IMG/VR virus record: IMGVR_UViG_3300020393_000002
Coordinates: 1 to 59,534 of that record
Source: a virus
Lineage: Duplodnaviria > Caudoviricetes
Reading direction: 5' to 3' (one strand)
DNA: 59,534 nucleotides
The number at the start of each line of letters is the position of its first letter. The first letter of the stretch is position 1. Below, piece by piece: positions 19,592-31,000 of the stretch. The notes beneath the pieces were generated by a model, which saw only the letters and a list, made by a program, of their open reading frames with translations, had not been told where the DNA came from and searched no databases. Made by a program: the position numbers and the translations under genes.

Positions 19592-21732
19592 TGCCTTTAA
19601 ATAAAATAGTATTTAAATCAGGTATTGTATCAGACATCACTCCTTACAGTAATGAAGGTGGCTTTGTTGATGGTGATAAAATAAGATTTAGATTAGGTTC
19701 TCCCGAAAAAATAGGTGGATGGGAGAAGTTTAGTCCTAATACATATTTAGGCAGTGCTAGAAGGCTACACAACTGGGTTGCGTTAGATGGCTCTGATTTT
19801 ATGGGTGTTGGTACGCACCTAAAATATTACATAGAAGAGGGTCAAACATTTAGTGATATTACCCCTATAAGAAGCACAACATCTGCTGGTGATATAACAT
19901 TTGCAGCAACTAATGGCTCTACTACAATAACTGTTACAGACCCTGCTCATGGAGCAAATGAAAATGATTTCGTTACATTTTCTGGTGCTGTTAGTTTAGG
20001 TGGTGTGATAACAGCTACAATATTAAATGCAGAGTTTCAGATAACATCATTGATAAGTTCTAATGCTTATACAATAACATCTAGTGTTGCAGCCAACTCA
20101 TCTGATACAGGTAATGGTGGCAGTAGTGTTATTGGTACATATCAACTAAATGTAGGATTAGATGTGACAGTTGGTGGCACAGGATGGGGCGCAGGACAGT
20201 GGAGCGGAACAACATCTGGTGCTTTGGCAACACAGTTAAATGAAGCACTAGACGCAAGTGAAACTGGCGTAGATGTTGATGACGAAACAGGCATGAACAC
20301 TGCTAATGATGTAATACTTGTAGAAGAAGAGCTTATGCTTGTATCAGCTACTGCTGATGACAATACCATGACTGTTACTCGTGGACATAGTGGCACAACT
20401 GCAGTAACACATGCAGATAACACCCTTGTAAGATTAGCTGTTGGTAATGCAGATTCTGCTAATGATTTTGTTGGATGGGGTAATGCCGCATCGGTTACAA
20501 CACCGGGTGCGCAAATCAGAACATGGTCACATGATAATTTTGGTGAGGATCTAATAATAAATCCTAGAGATGGTGGATTATTTTATTGGGATAAAACTAC
20601 TGGGCTTGGTAACAGAGCCATAGAACTTAGTGCTACAAGTACATTTTCAGGAGAAACAAGTGTCCCAACAATAGCTAAACAGGTTCTTGTGTCAGACCAA
20701 GATAGGCATGTTATTGTTTTTGGTTGTGATGGATTAGGCGCAACGCCAACAGCAACACAGGGTGACGGAATACAAGACCCATTGTTAGTTAGATTCTCAT
20801 CACAGGAAAACCCTGTTGATTTTTTTCCAACAACCACTAACACAGCAGGAGATCTTAGGTTAGGTGGTGGGTCTACATTTGTGCAAGCTGTAGAAACAAA
20901 AGAGCAAATATTAGTTTTTACAAATAAAACTTTACACGCAATGAGGTTTATAGGGCCGCCATTTACTTTTGGTATTAAAGAATTATCAAAGAACATAACG
21001 ATAATGAGTCCATCATCAGCCATAGCGATAGATGATAACGTTTACTGGATGGGTGTAGATACATTTTATATTTACTCAGGACAAACACAGCAGTTGCCAT
21101 GTACTGTAAAAGACAAGGTATTTCTTGATTTAAATATCGAAGAAAGAAACAAAGTACATGTTGGCGCTAATACAGAGTTTAGTGAGGTGTGGTGGTTTTA
21201 TCCTAGTGCAAGTAGCACAGAAATAGATAAATATGTAATTTATAATTATTTAGAAAATATTTGGTATTTTGGTACACTTGCTAGACAGGCATGGCTTGAT
21301 AGAGGCATAAGATCATTACCAATAGCTACAGGTGGTCAATATCTATTTAACCATGAGACTGGTTTTGATGATGATGGTAGTGCTATGACATCATTTGTTG
21401 AGTCTGCTCCAATGGCTTTGAGTGGAGCAGAAAGGTTTGCGTCTATTAATAGGATAGTCCCAGATATTAGTTTTGCAGGGTCTACATCTATTAATCCACA
21501 AGTTGATTTTACAATAAAAGCTAGAACACATTCAGGGTCTGGTTTTACGCAGACAGATGATAGCAATACATCACAAAGAACAGCAACTACACCTGTAGAA
21601 GTGTATACAGAAAAATTAGATGTACGGGTTAGAGGTAGAACATTTGCTATGCGTGTTGAGGCAACAGAGATAGGCACAGCTTTCAAGTTAGGCTCACCTC
21701 AAGTGAATATTGTACAAGATGGAAGAAGATAA
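19591..21732 (+). CDS. tail nozzle/DNA stabilisation protein
   Basis: 713 aa; RFRLG.PEKIGGW, VRFSSQEN, NTAGDLRL, EVWWFYPS, ends DGRR. Confidence 0.7.
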   Translation: MPLNKIVFKSGIVSDITPYSNEGGFVDGDKIRFRLGSPEKIGGWEKFSPNTYLGSARRLHNWVALDGSDFMGVGTHLKYYIEEGQTFSDITPIRSTTSAGDITFAATNGSTTITVTDPAHGANENDFVTFSGAVSLGGVITATILNAEFQITSLISSNAYTITSSVAANSSDTGNGGSSVIGTYQLNVGLDVTVGGTGWGAGQWSGTTSGALATQLNEALDASETGVDVDDETGMNTANDVILVEEELMLVSATADDNTMTVTRGHSGTTAVTHADNTLVRLAVGNADSANDFVGWGNAASVTTPGAQIRTWSHDNFGEDLIINPRDGGLFYWDKTTGLGNRAIELSATSTFSGETSVPTIAKQVLVSDQDRHVIVFGCDGLGATPTATQGDGIQDPLLVRFSSQENPVDFFPTTTNTAGDLRLGGGSTFVQAVETKEQILVFTNKTLHAMRFIGPPFTFGIKELSKNITIMSPSSAIAIDDNVYWMGVDTFYIYSGQTQQLPCTVKDKVFLDLNIEERNKVHVGANTEFSEVWWFYPSASSTEIDKYVIYNYLENIWYFGTLARQAWLDRGIRSLPIATGGQYLFNHETGFDDDGSAMTSFVESAPMALSGAERFASINRIVPDISFAGSTSINPQVDFTIKARTHSGSGFTQTDDSNTSQRTATTPVEVYTEKLDVRVRGRTFAMRVEATEIGTAFKLGSPQVNIVQDGRR

Positions 21733-22112
21733 TGTTAGTTACAAGTATACCACAATATGTGCAAGGCTTGACAAATGCTAAGTTAGACTTGACTACAACA
21801 AACATAACTACTTTGTATACAGCACCAACTACAGCAGATTTTAACGCATCTGTAATAAATAGCATAATAGTATCTAATGATTCTGGTAATTCAGATACAA
21901 TAACATTAACGGTTACTAATGGCAGTGATGTGTTTAGTCTTTTTAACGTAAAGGCAGTTGCGGCAAATACATCTATAGAGCTATTAACAAGAGATTTAAT
22001 ATTGCAAGAGGGCGAGATACTGAAGGCTACAGCAGCGACAGCAGATAGATTGCATATAGTTGCAAGTATACAAGAGTTTGCAATACATAGAACACCACAG
22101 GTAGATTTGTAA
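21732..22112 (+). CDS. tail-associated small beta protein
   Basis: TLYTAP...LILQEGEIL; similar to 10565-10921. Confidence 0.6.
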   Translation: MLVTSIPQYVQGLTNAKLDLTTTNITTLYTAPTTADFNASVINSIIVSNDSGNSDTITLTVTNGSDVFSLFNVKAVAANTSIELLTRDLILQEGEILKATAATADRLHIVASIQEFAIHRTPQVDL

Positions 22113-22312
22113 TGACAGCATTTATATTGGCATGTTATCTTAATGGAGTGGCTGATAGAGATGGAATTTATTTTAGAAGTGCGGCATCATGTATGGATTT
22201 TAGTCAAATGTTAAGTAATCAAACATACATGAAAGACAATGAACAATATACATACGAATGTATATGTAAACTTGTGCCATATGTTAATACAGACAAAGTG
22301 AGGGTATATTAA
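22112..22312 (+). CDS. small Cys-containing protein
   Basis: 66-aa ORF translationally coupled on both sides. Confidence 0.55.
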   Translation: MTAFILACYLNGVADRDGIYFRSAASCMDFSQMLSNQTYMKDNEQYTYECICKLVPYVNTDKVRVY

Positions 22313-22707
22313 TGTTACAAGCTCTTATAGGACCAGTTACAGGATTACTAGACAAGTTTATACCTGATGCAGATCAAAAGGCTAAGTTGGCTCACGAGAT
22401 AGCTACCATGTCCGAAAAACATGCGCAGGAGGCTTTACTCGCTCAGTTAGAAATAAACAAAGCAGAGGCAGCAAGTGGCTCTATATTTAAGGGCGGCTGG
22501 CGCCCGGCAGTTGGGTGGGTCTGTGCGATTGCTTTTGCCTATCACTTTATCGTAAAAGATCTGATTATATTTGGAGCAAGTTTTGCTGGTGTAGAACTAC
22601 CAGAGCTGCCGGATTTTGATATGGGTACACTTTTAACTGTTCTCGGCGGCATGCTCGGAATCGGAGGACTCAGGACATATGAAAAGCAGAAAGGTCTTAC
22701 AAAATGA
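22312..22707 (+). CDS. holin (3TM, GTA-release family)
   Basis: EINKAEA, GWRPAVGWVC, GMLGIGGLRTYEK. Confidence 0.8.
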   Translation: MLQALIGPVTGLLDKFIPDADQKAKLAHEIATMSEKHAQEALLAQLEINKAEAASGSIFKGGWRPAVGWVCAIAFAYHFIVKDLIIFGASFAGVELPELPDFDMGTLLTVLGGMLGIGGLRTYEKQKGLTK

Positions 22708-22835
22708 GTTTATATAGAAATATACATGCAAAAAGAAAAAGAATTAAAGCTGGTAGTGGAGAGAAAATGAGAAAGAAGGGCGCAAAGGGCGCACCCACTG
22801 CAAAAAACTTTAGACAAGCAAAAAGAAAGAAATAA
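22704..22835 (+). CDS. small basic protein (not in ORF track)
   Basis: MSLYRNIHAKRKRIKAGSGEKMRKKGAKGAPTAKNFRQAKRKK; ATGA overlap. Confidence 0.65.
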   Translation: MSLYRNIHAKRKRIKAGSGEKMRKKGAKGAPTAKNFRQAKRKK

Positions 22836-22837
22836 TT

Positions 22838-22975
22838 ATGGTGGCTAAACTTCATACAATTAGAAGAAAATTAGCAAAGAAACAAAAGCTAGGATTTAGT
22901 GAAAGAGCAAGAGCAGTAAATAAAGGTTTATTACCCAGTAAGGCTAAGAAAGATGGCAAAAAAAAGAGATCCTAA
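22838..22975 (+). CDS. small basic protein (not in ORF track)
   Basis: MVAKLHTIRRKLAKKQKLGFSERARAVNKGLLP...; fills the gap. Confidence 0.55.
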   Translation: MVAKLHTIRRKLAKKQKLGFSERARAVNKGLLPSKAKKDGKKKRS

Positions 22976-23240
22976 AGTTGGAACAGGAAAGAAACCAAAA
23001 GGTTCTGGCAGACGTTTATACACAGATGAGAACCCGAAAGACACAGTCGGCATCAAATTTGCCACAGAAGCAGACGCAAGAGCTACGGTTGCAAAAGTTA
23101 AGAGAGTCAGTAAACCTTTTGCGAGAAAGATACAAATCCTTACAGTTGGAGAGCAAAGAGCAAAGGTAATGGGTAAGAATAAAGTTGCCAGTATATTTAA
23201 AAGAGGCAAAGAAAGTATAAGAAAGGCACATAAAAAATGA
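22953..23240 (+). CDS. small basic protein
   Basis: GTGKKPKGSGRRLYTDENPKDTV motif. Confidence 0.7.
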   Translation: MAKKRDPKVGTGKKPKGSGRRLYTDENPKDTVGIKFATEADARATVAKVKRVSKPFARKIQILTVGEQRAKVMGKNKVASIFKRGKESIRKAHKK

Positions 23241-23342
23241 TGTGGTTTTGGTTAAGTTTATCTAAGTTTTTTAATAAAATTGGAAACTATTTTTATCACA
23301 AACATGTTATGTGTGTTAAAACAAAGACAAGGGAGTCAGTAA

Positions 23343-23789
23343 ATGGACATACAAAAGCTGCGACAGGAAATAGAGGCAGACGAGGGAAACGTAAATGAAA
23401 TCTATTTGGATCACCTCGGTTTGCCTACTTTTGGGATTGGTCATCTGGTCCGTGATACTGACCCAGAATATGGACAAGATGTAGGAACTCCTGTAAGTGA
23501 AGAGCGTGTAAATAGTTGTTTTGATAGTGATATACAAGGAACTATAACAGATTGTAAAAACTTGTTTGGAAACTTTGATGACTTGCCAGAAGAGGCACAA
23601 TTAATTTTATGCAACATGATGTACAATTTGGGGTACACAAGACTGAGTAAATTTAGTAAACTTAGAGCAAGTATATCAATTATGGACTTTACGGAGAGCG
23701 CAAATCAGATGTATGACTCGAAATGGAGAACACAAGTGCCTAACAGAGCAGAGCGTTTAATAAACAGAATGAAAGCATTAGGAGCGTAA
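23343..23789 (+). CDS. lysozyme/endolysin (T4-like GH24)
   Basis: DEG...IYLDHLGLPTFGIGHL with catalytic E-D-T spacing; DSKW..QVPNRA. Confidence 0.9.
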   Translation: MDIQKLRQEIEADEGNVNEIYLDHLGLPTFGIGHLVRDTDPEYGQDVGTPVSEERVNSCFDSDIQGTITDCKNLFGNFDDLPEEAQLILCNMMYNLGYTRLSKFSKLRASISIMDFTESANQMYDSKWRTQVPNRAERLINRMKALGA

Positions 23790-23790
23790 T

Positions 23791-24813
23791 ATGTTACCAG
23801 CAATATTAGGATATGCAGCATCCGCCTTAGCGCCCACCATAGGCATGAACGCTATGTTAGCCAGCGCTATAGGTAGTGGTATAGGATCATTGCTTCAAGG
23901 TGGAGATACACGGGACGTTTTAGAAGCTGCGGCTTTGGGTGGCATAGGTAGCGCAATAGGATCAGGAATGGCAGGTAGCGATGCTGTAAAAATGGGAGCT
24001 ATGGACACTCCAATAAAAGGTGCAACAACGCAGATTGCACCCGGTGGTGGCCCAATGTCAGTTCCAGCAGGGGGTCAGATACCAGATGTAAAAAATCTTA
24101 CATCACTGACGTCTGCCCCAACATTTTCAAGTCCTGATTTTTCTTTAGCTAATTTTTCTGGAGCAGGGCCTATAGGGGCAGGTTTAGGTGCGTCATTTGC
24201 AGCACCCCCACCTATGAAGATGCAAGAAGATAATTTTGTTGCGCCAAGAGGTCGACCTATATCTGGTGATGTAAGAAAAATGCCTGATGATTATGAGCCG
24301 GGCAAAGATCCAGAGTTTGATTTTGGCTTTCAAAGAAACTTCCAAGAAGGGGGTCTAGTGGCCTTAGGTAAAGAAATGAAAGGCGAGGGTCAAATGAATG
24401 ACAAAGAGCTTATCAGTGCGGCTGTAGAGGCCATTAAAGGTACATCTGAGAACCCAGAGGTAATATTAGGTCAGTTCTTAGCAAAGTTTGGCGAAGATGC
24501 GTTGAGAGATCTAGTTGATAAAGTGCAATCAGGTCAGTTTGATGAAAATACTGGCGAAGGTGATGGTATGGTAAAAGGCATGGGTGATGGTATGGATGAT
24601 ATGATACCTGCATCTTTAGAAGGAGAGCAAGATGTATTACTTAGTGATGGCGAGTTTGTTGTACCTGCTGATGTCGTTAGTGGCTTAGGCAACGGATCAT
24701 CAGATGCTGGAGCGGATAAGTTAGAAAATATGATGGATAGAGTAAGAGAGTTAAGAACTGGAGGTAAGATGCAGCCACCAGATATACCTGATGAGATGAT
24801 GTTGCCTGCATGA
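23791..24813 (+). CDS. internal virion protein
   Basis: Gly/Ala-rich N-terminus; FQEGG; GDGMDDMIPA...LSDGEFVVPADVV domain. Confidence 0.65.
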   Translation: MLPAILGYAASALAPTIGMNAMLASAIGSGIGSLLQGGDTRDVLEAAALGGIGSAIGSGMAGSDAVKMGAMDTPIKGATTQIAPGGGPMSVPAGGQIPDVKNLTSLTSAPTFSSPDFSLANFSGAGPIGAGLGASFAAPPPMKMQEDNFVAPRGRPISGDVRKMPDDYEPGKDPEFDFGFQRNFQEGGLVALGKEMKGEGQMNDKELISAAVEAIKGTSENPEVILGQFLAKFGEDALRDLVDKVQSGQFDENTGEGDGMVKGMGDGMDDMIPASLEGEQDVLLSDGEFVVPADVVSGLGNGSSDAGADKLENMMDRVRELRTGGKMQPPDIPDEMMLPA

Positions 24814-25238
24814 TTTGCACAGCAGTGCCTCGTGAGGCAATAGACATAGTATGGCCTGATGTAATCAATATGCTTAATAAGGCTGTAGAGACAAGTAAAG
24901 GTAAATATCACATAAATGATATTTACGAAGATTTAACAAAAGGTTTTTATAATCTTTGGTTAATTATAGATGATAAAGGTGAAGATAAGGTAGTAGCAGC
25001 TTTGACAACTAGATTAATAAAATACCCTAATAGAAGCGCCATGGCAATGGATTGGGTTGGCGGTAAAAGAATGGCAGAGTGGTTGCCTATTGCTATGGAA
25101 AAACTATCTAACTTTGCAAAAGACTGTGGATGCAGTCATTTAGAAGGCTATGGCAGGAAAGCGTGGATAAAGGTATTAAAAAGATATAATTGGAAACCAG
25201 AGTATATAGCTTATCGTATGGAGATAGACAATGGGTAA
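24810..25238 (+). CDS. GNAT-like protein in the ejection module
   Basis: WVGG..M.EW and FAKDCGC..LEGYGRKAW motifs. Confidence 0.55.
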   Translation: MICTAVPREAIDIVWPDVINMLNKAVETSKGKYHINDIYEDLTKGFYNLWLIIDDKGEDKVVAALTTRLIKYPNRSAMAMDWVGGKRMAEWLPIAMEKLSNFAKDCGCSHLEGYGRKAWIKVLKRYNWKPEYIAYRMEIDNG

Positions 25239-26163
25239 AGGTAGATCAAGACCACAACCAACAGAACAAACTGTAGTACAAAGTAATTTACCTAAATACT
25301 TTGAACCATATGCAGTTGATATGATTCAAAGAGCTGAAGCTGAAAGCAAAAGAGCTTATACGCCATTCGAAGGTCAAAGATTAGCAGATGAATCAGCAGA
25401 TTTAGGCACATCACGAGAAAGAGTTAGAGATATAGCTGACGCAGGTATTGCTGGATTACCAACAGCAATGACAGGTGTTCAGGCTGGTATGGGAAGAGCA
25501 GCGCAAGGTTTGGGTTTTCAGGCACAACAATTTGATAGTGATGCGGCACAGCAGTATATGTCACCGTATATGCAGAATGTAGTAGATGTACAGAAAGCAC
25601 AGGCTATTTTAGACGCTCAAAGAGCTGCAGCTGGAAGAGATGCGCAGGCGGTACAAGCCGGAGCTTTTGGTGGCAGTAGATCTGCAGTGCAGGACGCATT
25701 AGCTGGAGAGGCTTTATCAAGACAATTAGGAGAAATACAGGCTACAGGACAGCAAAGAGCCTTTGAATCTGCACAACAACAGTTTGAAAGAGACAGACAA
25801 GCTAGAGAACAAGCAGAGAGATTAGGTATTAGTGCTGGTGAAAGTCTAACACAGCAGTCTACACAATTAGCACAGTTAGGTGATCTTGCCAGAAAAGGCG
25901 ATATACAAGCAGCAGAACTGTTAGAAAAGATAGGCAAAGACCAACAAGCAAGACAACAGGCCGGATTAGATTTAGCCTACGAAGATTTTGTAAGACAAAG
26001 AGATTTTCCAAGAGAGAGTCTAACATTCTTATCATCAATATTGCGTGGTGTTCCTGTGCAACCATCAACTGAGACTGTTAAGTTTCAACAGTATAATCCT
26101 ATCCAAGAAGCATTAGGCACAGGTATAGCAGGTCTTGGATTATATAGAGGGTTAACAAGATAA
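25231..26163 (+). CDS. DNA ejection/pilot protein
   Basis: Gln/Ala-rich helical; YMSPY, AGAFGGSR. Confidence 0.7.
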   Translation: MGKGRSRPQPTEQTVVQSNLPKYFEPYAVDMIQRAEAESKRAYTPFEGQRLADESADLGTSRERVRDIADAGIAGLPTAMTGVQAGMGRAAQGLGFQAQQFDSDAAQQYMSPYMQNVVDVQKAQAILDAQRAAAGRDAQAVQAGAFGGSRSAVQDALAGEALSRQLGEIQATGQQRAFESAQQQFERDRQAREQAERLGISAGESLTQQSTQLAQLGDLARKGDIQAAELLEKIGKDQQARQQAGLDLAYEDFVRQRDFPRESLTFLSSILRGVPVQPSTETVKFQQYNPIQEALGTGIAGLGLYRGLTR

Positions 26164-28025
26164 TGAATATATTACAATTACAAGATGATTTAAAAAACTT
26201 TTCAGAAGAACAGTTAGTTAATGAAATGAGGAGGCCATCAGGAACGGCGCCACAATATCTTGTATTGTCTGAAATGAATAGAAGACAAAGAGTTAAGTCT
26301 GACTACCAAGCCGCACAAGCATCGGACCCGTCAACAGTGGCTGAGGAAGCGGTGGCTAGCGCAGGGGTTCCTGCATCTGGTATAATGGGTATGGCTCAGG
26401 CTATGGCTCCTAAAAGTGAAAGTTCACTTTCAGCTCCTAAACCACCTGCTATGATGATGCGTGAGGGTGGTGTTATAAGGGCGCAACAAGGATTGTCTAT
26501 AGCAGATAGAAATTTAAATCCCGGAAACATGAGATTAACTAATGATCCTTATTTTGGAACAACTGGAATAGCCAGTGGATACGCAACATTTGCTTCTCCT
26601 GAATTTGGATTAAGAGGCATAGCTTTAACAGCTGATAAATATGCCAAAGATCCAAATGTTAAAACATTAAAAGATTTTGTAGAAAAATACTCGCCTGCAG
26701 CAGATAATAATCCAAACAATAAACAATATGCAAAAGTATTAGCGGATAGTTTAGGGGTTGATGTAGATGATGAAATAGATTTTTCTGATGATAATGTTAA
26801 AAGAAATTTAATTCCAGCAATAACTAGATTTGAAGGATATAAAGGCCCAATAGACTCTAATATGGTTGATAGAGCAATAGCTGCATCTAAAGTTAAAGAT
26901 GATGAAAGCAAGGTAAATGAATTATTATCTGGAGTGGATTCTTTGTCTGGTGTAAAAAATAATATGGTTACATTTGATGGAAGACCTATAAAACCTAATC
27001 TTTTGACTCAAATGATGACATCTACAGGGGTGGCGTCAACTCAAGATGATAAAAATCAAGATAAAAGTCTTCTAGAAAAAATATTTACAACAAAAATACC
27101 GGGATCTGAATATATTGACCCAATAGGTCCTTTATATAGATTTGGAAGAGACAAAATGGGTCCTGCTATTTCGGAGTTTTATGATGACTATATCAAAGGT
27201 GCAAGACAAGGTGGTAAAGAAAAAAATATTTTAAGAGCTATAGAGGGTCCTGCAACAAAGAAATATTTAGACGAGCAAGAAAAAATAGAGTTAGGTGCTA
27301 TGTTAGAGAGTGATATAGATTATACTGAGCCTAAGTCATTTCTTGATACAATAAAACAAGCTGCATCTAGCTCAGACAACGAAACGCAGAGACAAAAAGA
27401 TATAAGAGAGGCAAATATTAAATCAGGTGAAATTGATAAACTTCCTGATGCAGGAATAGTTGCCGAAGGTATAACCCCAGAAACAACAAAACCATCAGTG
27501 GAAACAGGCAAAGGGGATCAAAAGAAAGCTCCTACATTAGATGAGCAGTTGGTTGCTATGCAACAAGATCTTGCAAAAAGCAGAGAGCAAGACAAGTATT
27601 TAGCTTTAGCGCAGGCAGGATTAGCTATTATGGCATCAGATAAACCTACACTTGGACAGGCAATAGGAGAAGGTGCTGGTGTAGGATTGCAGGCTTACAG
27701 AGATGCGCAAGAGAGATATCAAGAAGGCGTTGTGGATTTATTAAATGCAAGAGCTAAGTTAGCTAAAAATAAAAATGTTTTTAGTATGGATGATGCCTTA
27801 AATAGAGTTATTGGACTAACAAACTCTATAGCAAAGTTAGAGGAGCAAATAATAGAAGCTCAAGAGTTTCCTACAGAAGAGTCTAAAAAAACAGTAGAGG
27901 CATTAAAGCAAGAGCTTAAACAGACAAGAGCGTTAAGGGATCAGCTTACAAAATCTTACACAGGTATAAATCCAAACTATTTTAGTAAGGCAGAGGTACA
28001 AGCAGCTATTAAGAAGCAGGATTAA
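26163..28025 (+). CDS. ejection protein with lysozyme-like domain
   Basis: NLNPGNMR...F...EFG...YSP..DN...Y...ITRFEG pattern of virion muralytic domains. Confidence 0.65.
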   Translation: MNILQLQDDLKNFSEEQLVNEMRRPSGTAPQYLVLSEMNRRQRVKSDYQAAQASDPSTVAEEAVASAGVPASGIMGMAQAMAPKSESSLSAPKPPAMMMREGGVIRAQQGLSIADRNLNPGNMRLTNDPYFGTTGIASGYATFASPEFGLRGIALTADKYAKDPNVKTLKDFVEKYSPAADNNPNNKQYAKVLADSLGVDVDDEIDFSDDNVKRNLIPAITRFEGYKGPIDSNMVDRAIAASKVKDDESKVNELLSGVDSLSGVKNNMVTFDGRPIKPNLLTQMMTSTGVASTQDDKNQDKSLLEKIFTTKIPGSEYIDPIGPLYRFGRDKMGPAISEFYDDYIKGARQGGKEKNILRAIEGPATKKYLDEQEKIELGAMLESDIDYTEPKSFLDTIKQAASSSDNETQRQKDIREANIKSGEIDKLPDAGIVAEGITPETTKPSVETGKGDQKKAPTLDEQLVAMQQDLAKSREQDKYLALAQAGLAIMASDKPTLGQAIGEGAGVGLQAYRDAQERYQEGVVDLLNARAKLAKNKNVFSMDDALNRVIGLTNSIAKLEEQIIEAQEFPTEESKKTVEALKQELKQTRALRDQLTKSYTGINPNYFSKAEVQAAIKKQD

Positions 28026-28026
28026 G

Positions 28027-31000
28027 ATGGCAACATTTGACGTTAGCAATCCATTAGATGGCAGACTATATACATTTGAGATAGATGGTGACACTCCTAC
28101 AGAGCAAGAATCTCTTGAAATACAACAGTTTTTAGCTTTACGAGGTCAAGAGAATGTTGCAGAGCAAGTCCCTGATGATGGTAATTTATTTACAAAAGGT
28201 GTATCAAGAGGAATAGATCAGCTACAAAGAGCATATGGTGATGCTCTTGTAGGTGTTGGTAAGGGTTTTGGTATAGAGGGTCTTGTAAATTATGGGCAAG
28301 AAGTATCAGAAGAAAATACTAGACAATTAGAAGAACAAGCAAAGGATGCACGAAGATTAGATAGCATCAATGATCTTTCTACATTTGGTGACTATGCAGC
28401 ATCTACATTTGGCGAGCAGTTACCAAATTTAGCCCCATCAGTTATAGGCGGTGTTGTTGGTTCTATTTTTGGACCTGCTGGTACAGTTGGCGGTATTAAA
28501 ATAGGAACGATGATAGGTGCGGGCCTTGCTAATTTACCATACTTTTATGGCACTTTTGTTCCATCTGCCACAGATCCCGTTACAGGAGATGTTAATCAAC
28601 TAAAAGCACTCACATATGCAGCTCCATCTGCCGCCTTGGATACATTAGGTGATTTATTAGTTACTGCAGGATTTGCAGGTAAATTATTGTCAGGTGGAGG
28701 TTTGTTTACTAGGGCTGGAAAAGGCGTAGGTAAAGGTGTTGCAGCAGAGGTCCCGACTGAAATAGGTCAAGAAATATTACAAAGACATGCTGAAGGCAAA
28801 CCTCTTTGGAATCAAGAGGCATTAGACACATATATAGAAGTCGCTGCTGCCGCAGGTCTTGTTGGTGGTACAGTTAGTTCTGTTGGTAATATTGTAGGTG
28901 GAGATAAGGACAAACAGCCTGACAAGATTAGTCAATTAGATAGTGACGATAGAATAATGGCACAACAAGTTCAGACTATGAATACAAATGCTGTTAATTT
29001 TATTAATCAACAAAAAGATATAGAGAGTTTTAAAAGCACAGACGGCAAGTTTGTAACTCTCTCACAACTCCCAGATCATATTCAAGATGAAATAAAAGAT
29101 AAAAGAATACAAGAAATTACATATGCTGATGTCGTTTCTGGCACAACAGATTTCGATTTGGAGACAAATAAGGAGACTCTTACACAAGATGAGCTTGATG
29201 TTGCTATAGATAGAACTAATGATTTAGAAGCTGACACAAAAGATTTAGACTATAACAAAGTAAAAGATGCTGTTAAAAAAGAAGGGCAGTTTACACAGGC
29301 CATAGCTAAGAAGGCATTAAAAACTAAAAGTAAAAAGCCAATACCTCAATCTAAGATAAATGGAATCAGAGATAAGTTATTACAAAACAATATAATAAAG
29401 AAAGATAAAGCTAAGTTAGTTGCTACTTTATCTGAAGAGCAAGATATTAGGATTAAATCAGAGCAACTTAAAGCAAGAGTTAAGTCCATAATGAAAGACA
29501 TGGACAAACTACAAAAAGAAAAGAAAAAGTTAGGTGCTATAGGCGATTTATCTATAGATCAGGTTAATAGACTAGATGAGATTAATGGAGAGATAGATGA
29601 TCTAAGCAAGAAATACAGCGACACATCTAAAGCTGCCACTAATTTAGCAAGTAGATCAGACAGAAAGCTGGGTAAAAATGTAATTCGTCTTGGTCAAATA
29701 ATACCACCACTAGAGGCAAAAAATGCATTTGATAACGCAAATTTTAAAACAGATGAGTATAAAGCAAAACAAAATGCAGTACAAAAATCATTGAAGGCAT
29801 CTCTAGCTGCTATTGGATTAGGTAATATTAAGTTAGATTTTAAACCCATACTTACACCTAGAGGACAGCGGCCAGAAGAAGCAATAGCAGAGGGGACTGT
29901 CACAGAGGGTGTGTACTCTAATAAAACTATAGCACTTGCTATGGAAATATATGACCCAAGCCTTACAGAGACTGAGCTACAGCAAAGATTAGGCTCTGTA
30001 ATGAACCATGAAATAATACATGCTTTGTTTGAGTTAGGCGTATTTACACAGCAAGAGCAAAATATTTTAGTAAATGCAGCTAAAAATAGAAAATATGTAC
30101 AGATTATTAATGGTGAAAAGGTAGAAAGAAAATACACATATCTAGATAGAGCTAATAGAATGTATCAGACTAAGTCTGATGGCTCTAAATACACAGCAGA
30201 AGAGCAGGCAGAAGAGGCTATTGCTGAGTTGTACAGAGACTTTGCTGATGGCAAAATTGTGTTAGGTGGTAAACCTAAGACATTATTTGGTAGAATAATA
30301 AACTTTTTTAAGACATTATTTCAATCACATAAAGAAGCAGGATTTAATAAAGCTGGTGATTTATTTAGAGATATTGGCAGCACAAACTTTCAAAGAAGAG
30401 TATCTGAGGCTGAGAAGAAGAGCGCATCACCAGATGCTTTACAAGACTCAATAGAAAGAGAAAGTAGATTGGTTGGACCAAGCATTATACCTGATAACGT
30501 TCTAGAAACAGCACAGTTTATAAGAGCAAATAAGCAAAACTCTACAGATCAAACAAAAATAATGAACAAGCTATTTAAGAATAGACAGCTTGAAGAAGGT
30601 CAAATGGTCACAGTTAGACCTAATTTAAACGGCTTTGTGCAACTGGATGATGGCAGTATAGGGATGACGCAAACAGTACACCCTGCTAAATCATACGGCA
30701 CTGCGTTGGGATACGATAGCGTTGTTGCTATAAAAGATAGCGAGCTTATGGTGTCACCTCAGAAAAGAGCTGATATATACAAAGGTGTAACAAGAACTGG
30801 CGTTAAGCAAGACAAAGTCCCTATGGCTGGTGGTTATGGTGGAATAACAAATATATCCAGACAAGAGATAGAAGATATTGTTTCTAACCCTGATAACATC
30901 TTGTCTTTTAACCCGGGTAGCGAAGCCAGAGGTATAAATGGAACTCATTTATTTACAGATAAAAATGGATATGCAGTTAAATCTATAAAAGGTACAGCAG

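Noticed and set aside
23237-23398. 53-aa ORF MMWFWLSLSKFF... before the lysozyme
   Set aside because: Plausible from the ATGA overlap, but it has no motif and overlaps the lysozyme start, so it is not supportable
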